Shown here one piece after another: positions 1 through 15,199 of a stretch of 64,000 nt of DNA. Below the pieces are notes generated by a model that did not search any database, had not been told where the DNA came from, and saw nothing but the letters and a program-made list of their open reading frames with translations. The stretch's first letter is position 1. The number at the start of each line of letters is the position of its first letter. The DNA is from the human T2T-CHM13v2.0 reference genome, Homo sapiens. The stretch is taken from NCBI RefSeq assembly GCF_009914755.1, contig NC_060939.1; one strand, given 5' to 3'. Both the position numbers and the translations under genes were made by a program.

Positions 1-48
1 TGAGTCATGTGGTTCGCTTTGGACTATAAACATGGGTGGAGGTGATAT

Positions 49-1268
49 TGAGAGGTGACAGTGTGCTGGCAGTCCTCAGAGCCCTCGCTTGCTCTCCGCA
101 CCTCCTCTGCCTGGGCTCCCACTTTGGCGGCATTTGAGGAGCCCTTCAGCCCACCACTGCACTGTGGGAGCCCCTTTCTGGGCTGGCCAAGGCTGGAGCC
201 CACTCCCTCAGCTTGCAGGGAGGTGTGGAGGGAGAGGCGCGAGCGGGAACTGGGGCTGCGTGCAGTCCCTTGCGGGCCAGCTGGAGTTCCGGGTGGGCGT
301 GGGCTTGGCGGGCCCCGCACTCGGAGCGGCCGGCCGGCCCTGACGGCCCCGGGCAGTGAGGGGCTTAGCACCCGGGCCAGCCGCTGCGGAGGGTGTACTG
401 GGTCCCCCAGCAGTGCCATTCCACCGGTGCTGCGCTCGATTTCTCGCCGGGCCTTAGCTGCCTTCCCGCGGGGCAGGCCTCCGGACTGCAGCCCGCCATG
501 CCTGAGCCTTCCCCCGCCTCCATGGGTTCCTGTGCAGCCTGAGCCTCCCCGACGAATGCCGCCCCCTGCTCCACGGCCCCCAGTCCCATCCACTGCCCAA
601 GAGCTGAGGAGTACGAGCGCATGGCACGGACTGGCAGGCAGCTCCACCTGCAGCCCCAGTGCGGGATCCACTGGGTGAAGCCAGCTGGGCTCCTGAGTCT
701 GGTGGGGACATGGAGAGTCTTTATATCCAGCTCAGGGATTGTAAACGCACCAATCAGCACCCTGTCAAAACAGACCACTTCGCTCTACCAATCAGCAGGA
801 TGTGGGTGGGGCCAGATAAGACAATAAAAGCAGGCTGCCCCCAGCCAGCAGTAGCAACCCGCTCGGGTCTCTTTCCAGGCTGTGGAAGCTTTGTTCTTTC
901 GCTCTTTGCAAAAAATCTTGCTACTGCTCACTCTTTGGGTCAACATTGCTTTTATGAGCTGTAACACTCATTGGGAAGATCTGTAGCTTCACTCCTGAAG
1001 CCACCAAGACCACGAGCCCAACGGGAAAAACAAACAACTCCAGACGCGTTGCCTTAAGAGCTGTAACACTCACCAGGAAGCTCTGCAGTTTCACTTCTGA
1101 GCTAGCGAGACCATGAATCCACCAGAAGGACAAAACAATGAACACATCTCAACAGCAGAGGGGACAAACTCCAGACGTGCCACCTTAAGAGCTGTAACAC
1201 TCACCGCGACGGTCCGCGGCTTCATTCTTGAAGTCAGTGAGACTAAGAACCCACCAATTCTGGACCCA
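49..1268 (+). mobile_element. Solo LTR12 (LTR12C-like, ERV9/HERV9)
   Basis: Begins TGAGAGGTGACAGTGTGCTGGCAGTCCTCA and ends CCCACCAATTCTGGACCCA (TG...CA termini). 4-bp TSD ATAT at 45-48 and 1269-1272. GC/CpG-rich U3. Three CTGTAACACTCA U5 repeats at 959, 1061 and 1192. Confidence 0.97.
745..850 (+). promoter_or_regulatory. ERV9 LTR promoter core: CCAAT boxes, GC/GT box, GATA site, AATAAAAG TATA-equivalent
   Basis: CCAAT at 750-754 and 788-792, GGGTGGGG at ~804-811, GATAAG at 815-820, AATAAAAG at 823-830. This matches the known LTR12 promoter layout. Activity is not shown. Confidence 0.7.
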
Positions 1269-4200
1269 ATATGTGTTCCTTCCATTGAGAAATGTTAAGT
1301 TACAATGTGTGGGCTGCCTTACTGTTTTTACTTTTTCAGGCTTCTCATCCTTGGGGGAGAACATATCAATCCCTCAAAAAACAAACAGGAAAACCAAAAA
1401 AGTCAGTATACGTGTGGCTTGAACAAAGAATGCATTTTGTTGTTTTATAAGCCCTGAGGTTTTAGGGTATTTTTTTCTGTAGAATAATCAAGTTTATCTT
1501 GACCGATACAACAATGAAATTAGTGATTTGATAAAGCTAAACATTCAATTTAAAGGACTACACTTACTCTGAGTTTATATACTTCCTACATTTTAATGTT
1601 GTGATAAAGTATCCTATTTTGAAATAATAATTACGCTGTTGGGGATAGTATTCCAAAATGTTGGAATTACACAAATATAAGAGGTTATATGATTACAATG
1701 AGAGTGTACCACATGACTAGCGCCTTAGGAGAAAATAATTATCTCTAATAACTGTTAAAATGTGCCTTCAAAAGATTTACCAATCAAGCCTTATTCCCTA
1801 GCAATTCCAACTTTGTGTGAAAATACAGGTCAAGTTTTGGGTTTCACATTGGTAACCAAATTGTGATAGCTTTGATCATGAACTTTGAAATACAATAATA
1901 CATCTCTGAATATCGCATTGTATGATGGAGTAAAGACGAAGTATACTAGGCAGCTGCCCTTAGTACATTAAGGTGTTTTATGGCCATATTGCAATTTACT
2001 TTTTTCAAACATCTGCTCAAGCATTTAAAATGGTGTGAACACTGGTCTGTAGTTCCTGTATAATTTAAAGGCTTCTGATCCAACACCGAATAGTCCAGGA
2101 CTCAAGCCTGTTTGAGTCTTCCAGTCTAAAACCTTTTTCAATGTTTAGAAAAATAAAGTAAATTTCTAGAACTGACATCCAGGACTAGTATGGAATGAGC
2201 AGTTTCATTTAATGAGTGGATTGGATTGAAGCTGAGGAACAGAGAGGGAGTGGAGAAAAGGTTAAAAATTCTTAAACTGGGTTCAAGTTGGCATTTGCCA
2301 ATTCGGAATTATGAAGGCCTCCCTGAAGCCCTGATGTGCCTTTGCACTGCTAATTCCTTCTGTTTTGTTTTTCTTTTAGATGCCTTTCCAGTAAAGCTAA
2401 CAAAAAACAAAACAAAATAAAACCATATCCAAAATACTAAACAGCTGTCTCCAAGATCAGAAGGCATCAGAAAAGACCCTCAAGAGTTGTCTAATCCCAG
2501 AGGAAGATCTTAAGTGGGGATGTGCTCACAGCAGAAACCTTGGAAATTTCAGGGAGTGAAATTTTATTGTCAGAACTTTCAATAAAAGTGTAGCCACAGA
2601 TCCTGGGAGCATTAAATAAAAATTACCAACAAGCTGTCTTACCTGTGTGCACTCCACTGAAAGGAAGGGCAAACATGAGCAAGGAGCTCTTGTACATCAG
2701 TCAAAATTCTGACAGCTACCCTGTGAAGTTTGACGGGCTGCCATGTGCTAGACTACCTAAGATACTCTTAACTGAACCATAAAAAGACAAATAAATTAGT
2801 AATTGTATCCCTCCTGTCAATGTCCTTTTTCGTGAACTTCTCAAGGTGTTGGTTAACATTGTCTGGAATGATTTATCAATATATTCTTAGCTTTCTTAGG
2901 AAACACAGATAGACTTGATTTTTTCCAAATTGTTTTTTGAATTGATTTAAGAAAATGATACAGATATTGCCAATTGCTGGGCCTCTCTTTTTCACTCCCT
3001 GCTCTGCTTCCTCCGATTATTAAATCAAACCAATAAGATTAACATAATCTTTCTTAGAATTGACTGTTCTTTTTAAATAGATCCCATGATAGACATGTGT
3101 AAAAATCAATAACAGGCCCCTCATTTGTCAAAGCTAATGACTAAACTCATTTTGAAGTTCAATAGTGGTTACTGGAGAGTGGCCACACATTATATGTCTA
3201 ATCCTGTATGTCTCGACACTTATTCTGCAGAACAGAGAAAAAGGCTTTGTTGCTTGAGGCACAGTATAAAAGCTGGTGTCTCCATTGTATTTGTACATAT
3301 TCACATTTCCTCCAAACTATGACAATTGTTGATTGTCCAAGCTAATACATTAAAGGAAATAAAAGGAAAAATAAATCTGGTAAATTTGTAACACTCCCCA
3401 CCCCACCTTTTAACCAATTCAATTAATTGTAAGTTCCTTCAATTATATGCTTAACTCCTTGAGGTTGCGAAATATGTCTTACATATTTTTAATATCCCCA
3501 GACACACTAACATAGCGATTGGGTCACAGGTTAGCATGAAATAAAGATTTGGTTGAATTACACAGAATTATATTATCCAATACTTTGGACCATGGCATAG
3601 CAGTTATTTTAGACCACACACTTATATCCAGTGTAAAGTGCAAAAGATGCAGCTTTCCTGCAGACTTCTCTTTGATAGATGCTCTGCATCACAGGGTGGT
3701 TTAAGTAGTGTTTGCTTCTGAGGTGTTCCTGCTACCTTCCACAAAGCCTTTTCCAGGCACTGCAAAAGTGTGAGACCTAACAGCTTTTGGTATAATACCC
3801 TCTTCCTTTTCAAATATCCTCTGATTATAGATATAAGCCAGCAACAGAGCATCTGAAAATCCAGAATAGATATTTGGATGAAATATAGGCATGAGATGTA
3901 GCCCTGAACTAATTGAGATTACATTTGAAATTATTAATGAAAACACTATCTTATATCTGCATAATGCTTTATGCTTTACAAAGGTTCTTCATATACCCCA
4001 TCTCATTTTCTCATTTTCTCACCCCAAGTCAGAACACTTAATAAATATTTCTTTCATTTCCCTAAAAATTCCAGATTGTTGTTTACTGTTCTGTCCTCCT
4101 CCCTTCATCAGCAAGTTGCCTTTTTCTGGGCTCCAGGTTGTATATTGTATTGCATGCCCATTGAGCACGGCCATCTCTTGGAATCAATAGGTCAGATACA

Positions 4201-5089
4201 ATTTGAAACTCCCTAGGTAATGGATTTTAAAAACTGCTTGAGGGTGGGGGAGAGAGAGGAGGAAAAGGAATCCACAGGAACAATAACTGAAGTGGAGTGA
4301 TATATTCCTGATGGGAGCTGGAGAACTGTTCTTTATAATAGCTTCTCAGGGGAGAAGCCGCCCTTTTCCAGCAGGAGGTGTCCTGGGAATAGCAGAGCCA
4401 CTGCCATTCCATTCTTTTGATGAACAGAAACCTTATCAGTGTAATTCCCCTTGAGAGCTGAAGGGAGAAGGAAGGAGTTTAAAGATTTGAAAAATTTGGG
4501 TTGTGAGGGGTGGAAAGCCCAGACTCCAGCTTGTTCATTTGGAATATTTCTTGTGAGGGGGAAGGTATTCTGCCAAATTTAGGGTCCTTTCAGAGCTCAC
4601 AGATTCTGACAGCTGATCTAAGTTCAGTGCATGAGTTTATCCTTGCCAGGGGAGAGAGGGAGCAGTAAGTGAAAAGAACGTTTTATGAATTAAATGCAAA
4701 ATATAAAAACCAAAATGCTTGCCTCCAATATATCACAATATGCTAATACTTTCAGTTGCAGCTATGCAATGAGGATGTCAAAGCATTAGTCATTAAATAA
4801 TAAGTCGCATCAATAATTTTGACTTTAGAATAAAACACAGATACCTTTGATTTGCACCTCGTTTGACTTTTTAATTATTTTTAGAAGCTCGAAATATCTC
4901 TTGGCTTTTTTTCTCTCATTGTGACAAGACTATGAGGTTGGAAAAATCAAGGAAGCAGGTGAAATGTACTCTCTCATATCATGGTTGTGTGGTATCTATG
5001 AGGCAAAATATTCTTTTTTTTCTATCCATAAAATTGCCAAAGACTTAATTATTTGGTGACATAAGATGAGTAATCTAAAGCCAGTCCAT

Positions 5090-5460
5090 GTTCAATATTA
5101 GGCTGTTTGGGGATACAAAAAAATCTGGGTTATAATGAAAAGCACTGTCATTTCATGAATACCTCTCACATGAATTGCACATGTGTATTTTTTTCATTTA
5201 TATTGTTTTCTCCAATGGCTTTATCCAACAACAGTTTGTTTCATGACCATGTCACGTGTTCAGTGCAGGTCCGTATGGTGGTTCTGCTCGTTGTAGTCAC
5301 AAAGACACCCAGACTGATGGAAGTACTGATGTTATACTTACTCCCATGACCACTGAGTCAGGGAAAAGAGAAAATGACTCACAGCATGACTATTAATGTT
5401 TTCACCTGTAAGAGACGCATGTTCACTTCACACACTTTTCAGTTATCAAAGCATGTTCAT
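5090..5460. mobile_element. Degenerate MaLR (MLT1-type) LTR fragment
   Basis: TCTGCTCGTTGTAGTCAC...CCCAGACTGATGGAAG and CAGGGAAAAGAGA motifs typical of old MLT1 LTRs; highly diverged. Confidence 0.4.
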
Positions 5461-5469
5461 ATCTACTAT

Positions 5470-6320
5470 TTTTTTCCTAAAACCCTTATTGATGTATCAT
5501 TATGTACACATTTTAAGAATGGAATAATTTTAGTAAGTTTATAGAATTGTGCAACTATCATTTTAACCCAATTTTAGAGCATTTTATCAACCCCAAAAGA
5601 TACCGCATGTCCACTTCCCATCCCAGACCAAGGCAACCAGTAATTTGCATTCTGTCTCTATAAGGTTTGCTTCGCTTTTTCTGGGCATTTAGGATAAATA
5701 GAATAATAAAGCATATGGAGTTTTTCATCTGGCTTCTTTCACTTAGCTTGATGTCTTTGAGATTCATTCACGTTGCAGCACATATCAGTAGTTGTTTCTG
5801 TTTATTGCTAAGTAGTATTCCATTGCACTGATATATCACATTTTGTTTTTTCTTTCACTAGTAGATAAACATTTGAAATGTTTTCACTTCTTAGTTATGA
5901 TGAATGCTATATATTTGCATACAAGTTGTATTAGTCCATTTTCACTTGCTATACAGAACTACCTGAGACTGGTTAATTTATGATGAAAAGAGGTTTAATT
6001 GACTCACAGTTCCACAGGCTGTACAGGAAGCATGACTGGGAGGCCTCAGGAAACTTACAATCATGGCAGAAGGTAAAGGGGAAGCAAGAAGCTTCTCCAC
6101 GTGGTGGCAGGAGAGAGACAGCAAAGGGAGAAGTGCCATACACTTTGAAACCATCAGATCTCATGAGAAAGAATTCACTATCATGAGAACAGCAAGGGGG
6201 AAATCCACCCCCATGATCCAATCACCTCCCAGAAGGCCCCTCCTCCAATTTGACATGCGATTTGTGTGGGGACACAAATCCAAACTATATCATAAGTTAT
6301 TGTGTGAAAATATTCACTTT
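5470..6320 (-). mobile_element. Old L1 (L1MB/L1ME-type) 3' end, interrupted by THE1
   Basis: TTGTGCAACTATCA...CTGGCTTCTTTCACTTAGC...GAGATTCATTCACGTTGCAGCA...GTAGTATTCCATTG is the reverse complement of an L1M 3'UTR/ORF2 end. Confidence 0.8.
5927..6292 (-). mobile_element. THE1D-like MaLR solo LTR
   Basis: TGTATTAGTCCATTTTCAC...GGAGGCCTCAGGAAACTTACAATCATGGCAGAAGG...CAAACTATATCA. 5-bp TSD CAAGT/TAAGT (one mismatch). Confidence 0.92.
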
Positions 6321-6899
6321 TTAAAAAGAGGTACCGTCTAATGTAATGAGATGGAGACATATTTATTCTCCACTAATTCCTTTTGAGGACGCCATTACCT
6401 TTGAGAGGTGTATAAATAAGTGTTAAGGTAGAAGTTTCTGCACACTCCCCACCCCTCACCTTAAGTTCTTTGCTACCTAGTATTGAGGCTTCCCACAAAG
6501 TAAAAGGAGTCAGAAGGCCTAGATATTTTCTTTAGGAAGTTTGAGTGACATAATACTAGATAAGGGAGGGTTGATAAAATTATTGGGATAGGGAGGCAAT
6601 CATAACTGAGATGGAATTTTATTATAAAATATGCATTGTAATATGCATATTACACCAATACCTCTGTGTTGCTTAGATAAACTTTGGTAACACCTACAAT
6701 TTTCATTAGAGCTCTGTGTGTGGATAAATTGTTTGGAAGGAACTCCAATGGGAAGCAACTTTTACGTCTAGGTGGATGTAGTGGATATTTTGGGTTATGT
6801 ACAAAGCATTTATGTCTTGTTCTCCTTTCTTAATGATACCCAGATTTTCATGTGGAAGTCTGCGCCTTCAATCACAGTTCTTGCACTTGAGGAAAGATA

Positions 6900-7280
6900 G
6901 CCCCACCCACCTAGTAAGTTGTTTTCCTGTCCAAAGCCATAGTTTCAGTGGTGGGCATAACTTTACCTGTATAAAGATCCAATTTAGAAATTTTGCTGGA
7001 AATTTGAAAGGAAAACCTTCTCTCATATAGACTTGAATGAAGACAAATGCAGCCTTGGTTGCATCCTGTGGCCACAAGTGAGCCAACCTTAGATGAAGCT
7101 TACAGTGTGAACAGTAGAACTCAGAGATAGCAATGATGTAAACTTGAATTAACCAATCCTTACCCTACGATTTCATTTTCCAGTTAGGTAAGTCAGTAAA
7201 GCCCCTTTAATGTTTAATCCCCTTATTGTCTGAGTCAGAATTTTTATTCCTTAAAGCATAAAGATTCCAAACTGACACAT
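6900..7280 (+). mobile_element. Degenerate MLT1-type LTR
   Basis: MLT1-like 3' part: TTTTCCAGTTAGGTAAGTCAGTAAAGCCCCTT...AACTGACACA. Confidence 0.45.
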
Positions 7281-7979
7281 CATACTTGGAGTAAAACTAA
7301 AGGCAGTACAAGGTTCTAGGAGGCAGAAGTCCTGGGGATGCTGAGATTGTAAATTTCAAAAATTAGCAGCTATCATAGGCTGTGGAATTGTCTAGAGTCT
7401 GGGCCAATTATACCCTGAAATCCAAAGGGCAAGAAGGTCCCAGCTGATATATAGGTTACATTCAATTCTTTTCTACAGTGTTTTTGTAACTAATATGTAG
7501 TGGACAATAAAGAGCTGAAAGTACTTTGACCTATCTCTGTGATACCTGGGGAGATGTGCCCTTTGACCCTGTAGAGCAGTAGAGACCTTTTAAATGGAGA
7601 AAATCAGAATGTGCCGTAATGACAGGATTTGTTTTGTTTCCCTTCCCAACTGCCTCACTAAATAGATCTCCTTTTCCTCTGCTTGTTGGAGAATCCTATT
7701 CACATGTCTATGATAGCATTTAATACACTGTGCACATCATATGTTTATTTGCTTACCACTCAAATGGCCTGGGAAGTCTTTAAGGACAAAGATAGTGCTG
7801 TTACTCTTTACATATTTAGTGTTCAGTACTGCACTGGGACACTAATGTGGTACCCTGTAAACTTGTTTTACAAAATCAGTCAACATGCTTATATTTTTTC
7901 TTTCAACACCATAGGCTTTCTTACTAGAGAAAGCCTCGTTTTGTAGTAGAAAGAAACAACACAAAAATCTGTGATTGCT

Positions 7980-10820
<2,841 letters not shown>

Positions 10821-11004
10821 ATCTGGGATTGCTTCTGGAGGGAACTCAGTTGGATCCCCCTCAGAGTTGGTCACCACAGCAGTGGCTGTGCATGCAAGTA
10901 TTGTTAAGTGTTGGAGTGAATATTTATATTTCAGACTGCTAATTAAAAAATGTAGTATAGCTGGACTAACCTCAAGAACATAAAATACATGCATATACTC
11001 AAAT

Positions 11005-11031
11005 ACACACATACCAACACACACACACACA
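11005..11031. repeat. Imperfect (CA)n microsatellite
   Basis: ACACACATACCAACACACACACACACA. Confidence 0.8.
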
Positions 11032-11419
11032 TGTCCTTAAAATACTTGTAGAGCAGGTGGAGTTTGGAAAGGCCCACCAAACCACATGGATTCTTCCAGG
11101 CAGGTTAACCTTTTGTTTCTCTGCTTGTGTCCACTTGAGTGACCATATAAAGGAGACTCTAGTAGCTAAGCTATGCTTAACATAATTAGAACTAGTGCTA
11201 AGTAGTATTATTCCTCTTGCCCTTTTTACTTAAATCATGGTTTCTCACTCTCTCTCCTGGTGGCTTGGAAAATATTTTTTAAAAGATAGAAAAAAAAAGT
11301 CTAAATGTTACTAGTTCTTGGACAGACTGTGAGTCTTTCATCCCAGTTACATCTAATAAAAAAATTTAGTGTTAATTTGCAGGGACCTAACCTTCTCACA
11401 CAGCTCATGTGACTCTGCT

Positions 11420-12190
11420 CTCCAAATATCAGATGTAAAATGAAGAAGACACAATATGAAAGGGCTATAATAAAATTATATTTAATATGATGAAAAATAG
11501 AGAAGCCGAGAGATTCTTTGGAGGGCAAGGGGGAATCAGGGAAAATATCATTTCAACGGAGTGAATGATTAGGACATTTGCAGATGGATCTGGCCATGTA
11601 AATGGAAAGAAGTTGCCCACAAGCAAGGGCACAGAGGTTGGACATACACAGCGCACACAAGGAGTTGGTGAGTTGTCTGCTGTGAGTACAGGGTAGAACG
11701 AAAGGAAGAGAATACTGGGTTCAAGTGTGGAAAGACATGGTTAACATGTTCACATGCTTGGATGTTCTATTGCAAGCAGAGGGAAGGAAATACAGTTTTT
11801 TGAGTGGAGAAGAATCATGATTGAATCAAAGTTTTCCAACAATAGTTCCAATAATTTGTCACATTGAGTATAGAGTGAGGAGAAATTAGATTTATGGTTT
11901 ATGGGTAGATTTCAGCAAAGACATAGGGGTTTAAATCTGAGCAGTGACAGTGGGAATGAACAGAATGGGCGATATTGACTATCCAAGGCATTCTGAAGGT
12001 AGAATAAGAAACTTGGTAATTGCATATGATGAATGGGGGAAAAGAGTCAAGAATAGTGCTAAAGTTTCTAACGTGTCCTGCGGAGTAGATGGAGATACTG
12101 TTATCTAATGTGGAGAATCCAAGAGAAGGGTGAAGCCAGAAAAGGGGTATCATAAAACGATCTTGTGTCACAAAAGCTACATGGTGATAA
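11420..12190. mobile_element. L2 fragment
   Basis: L2-like motifs GCAGTGACAGTGGGAATGAA, GAGTCAAGAATAGTGCTAAAGTTTCTA, GATGGAGATACTGTTATCTAA. Confidence 0.65.
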
Positions 12191-12339
12191 CCAAGAATTT
12201 TTTAGAGAGTAATGGAATGACCTCTTCTAGATAAATTTTTCTCCAAAACTTAATCTGCAATCATTAGAATGTTATTAATATCAGATGAGGTGTATATGGA
12301 GATATACATGAAGTTTTGAAAAGGTCCAGAAGTGGCAAT

Positions 12340-12590
12340 AGGATCAGGATGGTAGAGTGAAAAAGCCATTACATTATAAATCAGAAGTCATAGGTTACAT
12401 TAGCTACCTGGTTGACTGTCCATAAACAACTTGACTGTTTAGCTCTTCATTTCATACTTTGTAAAACACAGGGCAACAGTGTTTCTCTTCCTCCCAATGT
12501 GTGTGAGGGTCAAGTGAGATGATGCATTTTTAGGCATAGTGAAAAATGCAAAGTGCAGCATGAGTGATTTGGGTAGCATTTTAATATGTC
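12340..12590 (+). mobile_element. MIR
   Basis: Degenerate MIR core (TTCATTTCATACTTTGTAAAAC...GTGAGGGTCAAGTGAGATGATGCAT). Confidence 0.55.
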
Positions 12591-13869
12591 ATTGGTTAGT
12601 TTGATAATTAAAAATTCTTGATTTGAAAATAATATCCTAAAATATATTCAAGGAAAGGATTTAAATTCTAAGAGGTTTAGTTACAGTGGGGGTTTTCTTT
12701 ATCTCTCCTTTTTTATTTTTCAATTCCTGAACACAACAAATCTTGCCCTTGCCCAAATATTAAATCTATGAGGCTATAAATGTAACATTACACATGGTAT
12801 GCATTATAAAAACAAACCCTGAAACAATTGTCTGGGGCAAAATAAAAGAAACTGAAAAATTGAAGATGTGAAGCATTTTTACTTAATGCAAGCTATTCCC
12901 ATTATTTCTTTTCCTTTTAATAAAGTTCACACTTAGTTGCTCTCTTGAAAACCAATTCTTCCTAAAGCTTCTCTCTTCATCTTTAATATGACTCTTCTCT
13001 GAAGCTCTCATTTCTATCCAGGCAGCATTATTACATATCTTACAAAATCGAGCATTAGAGATTAATTACATGTGAAGTACATCTGATGGCTCTGGGGTTT
13101 CTTCGGGTAGTAGTGAAGGCTACCCACTAGTGTAATAAAAGCAGCGTAAATTTAATTAAAATGTAGCTATTTCATTGGGTCTACTATGCAAGTAGGGCCT
13201 CTGGTTTTCTGTAAAATAATAAAAATGATCTATAAAAACTTACAAAGTTAAAGTGAAAGGGACAAAATACTCTGAAGTGAGTGATAGGCTGCCAGAGTGG
13301 CCCAAGACACAGGATGGAGAATGCTAACAGAGAAGAAAAAGGCTACCTATGTCCTCCCAATGCCTCCAGGCTCCTTTCTAAGCACTTTGAGGCAGAGGAA
13401 AAAACAAGTTTACTTTTCTGCCCTCTCTTGGCTATTTACCCAGGAAATCTCAGGGGGTTCTAAGCAAATACTAGGCTATACCATGGTGATTTATTGGCAT
13501 TTTATTCTCCGAAATAGCTAAATGAGTCTTTCCACCCTTACTTCTCCCTGGTGCTACCCCAATGTTCAATAAACTTGTACAGCAGAATGGTCAAGATCTA
13601 CATCAAAAGTCAGATCTGGGAACGCATCCACAGCTGATAAGCCTCATTGCATACCTGTTTGAGAAATAAGCCAGGGGCTTTCGATTGTACAGAGAGGTAA
13701 GTTTCTGTGACAGCCCCAGTAAGCTAGCTTGTCTCATTTTTATTTTGGCTACTGGTAGTAAGTGGCCACAAGGTGAACTGAAATTGGAAAGCAGACATTC
13801 TACAAAATAACTTCTATACAGGTAGCATAGGACCTATGCTAATCCACCTGGACACAGTGTGAAGTAACA

Positions 13870-14180
13870 GTAATAATTGCACAATACAGAATAAACACTG
13901 ATTTCATCCTGTGTGCCAGGAGATACACATGTATCATTTCCAGCCCTCACACCAATCCTACAAAGAGCATACCACCATGCTATGGTACAAAAAGCACAAA
14001 TTTTAAAGAAAGAAAAAAATGGTTTGAATCCTGGCTCAGCTACTCTGATTTTCTGATTCCCAGTGTCTTTACCTATAAGATAACACTGTATTTGGCTGGT
14101 AGGCTATAAATGATACTTAGAGTGTATATACATAAGACCCTAACACATTGTCTGCCGCACGGTGGGAGTTTAAAAGTGTT
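13870..14180. mobile_element. MIR fragments
   Basis: GTGTGCCAGG...CCTCACACCAATCCTAC and GGTTTGAATCCTGGCTCAGCTACT...CAGTGTCTTTACCTATAAGAT. Confidence 0.55.
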
Positions 14181-15199
14181 GCTCCATCTTGGTCTTCAGT
14201 AAGACTGTGAGGCTCAATATTATTTTTCAAAAATTTTCTGAGGATGAGGACTTGGTAATTACTCACTTGTAGTGGCTTCTAATAGTGTTTAATTAATTTT
14301 ATAAAATAAAGTTTCATTCTATGCAAAGTAAAAATATTCATGATATGAAAGAAACAGTTGTTCTATGTTAGATGAGTCAGTGTTTATTTTCTCTTACTTG
14401 ACATGTATAAAGAGATACAGGCTTACTATGCATCAGAATATCTATTTATTCTAGTGACCTTGCTGCATGTGAGTAACATATGGAGAAGGTAGGAGGAAAT
14501 ATATTTTAATATTTACTTAGGTCCTACTATGAGATTACCTTATGACCAGAATTGGCTTTGTCCAGGATATTTTGCTCCTTTGTTCTTACAGCTATTAAAT
14601 TCAATCCTGGGAAGTCTGTACAGCCTCTCTTTGTGCTTAATCTATAGCTTTTAGACATAGAGGTCCTGATGAACTCTCATTCCACATAAGTCTGCGGGCT
14701 TCCCAAACTTTGAATGGTTTTGAATTGAAAGCAGAGGGGTGTGGGCAAGGTTAGAAAGAGGACATGGGGTAGATTTCCTTTGTTTTTACTATAGCTGTTG
14801 GCATACTTGTGGAAAAGGGTAAAGTCCTTAGAATTATTCTCTGTAGTTCTTAATTCTCTATCCTTGGATATTTCATTTTCAACTTTTTAATAATCTCATT
14901 TACTCTTTGGGGATAATTTCTAAGTGATCTATTATATCTCAAAAATTGGACAAGTTATTTTTAGAACATCTTAGTTAACAGTGAATCAAGACCTTTGATT
15001 TATTTTTAAATGTCATATTTAGACCACAGAAAGGTTACAGATACAGTTTTCTCTAAATGAAATTTTAAAAATTCACATTGAGAAGCTCTTAGTGCAACTT
15101 AGTGTTTGTAAACGGCTACAAAAAGGCAGATCTTCCTCTCCGCCCAACTTGCCGTCACATATGGAAAAAATTAATTATATTTTTCTATTTAAAATAGAA

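Larger units (their letters stand above)
1..1510 (+). mobile_element. Ancient MaLR LTR (MLT1J/I-like), split by the LTR12 insertion (pieces 1-48 and ~1273-1510)
   Basis: GTCATGTGGTTCGCTTTGGACTATAAA...GGTGATAT|GTGTTCCTTCC rejoins across the LTR12 and resembles the MLT1 'CATGTGACTTGCTTTGGCCAAT...GTGACGTGTGTCACTTCC' segment. MLT1-type end AAGCCCTGAGGTTTAGGG...GATACA at ~1510. Confidence 0.55.

Noticed and set aside
24-964. Long overlapping ORFs of 215, 207, 137 and 101 aa
   Set aside because: They lie essentially within the GC-rich LTR12, where stop codons are scarce on both strands. No protein family is recognisable.
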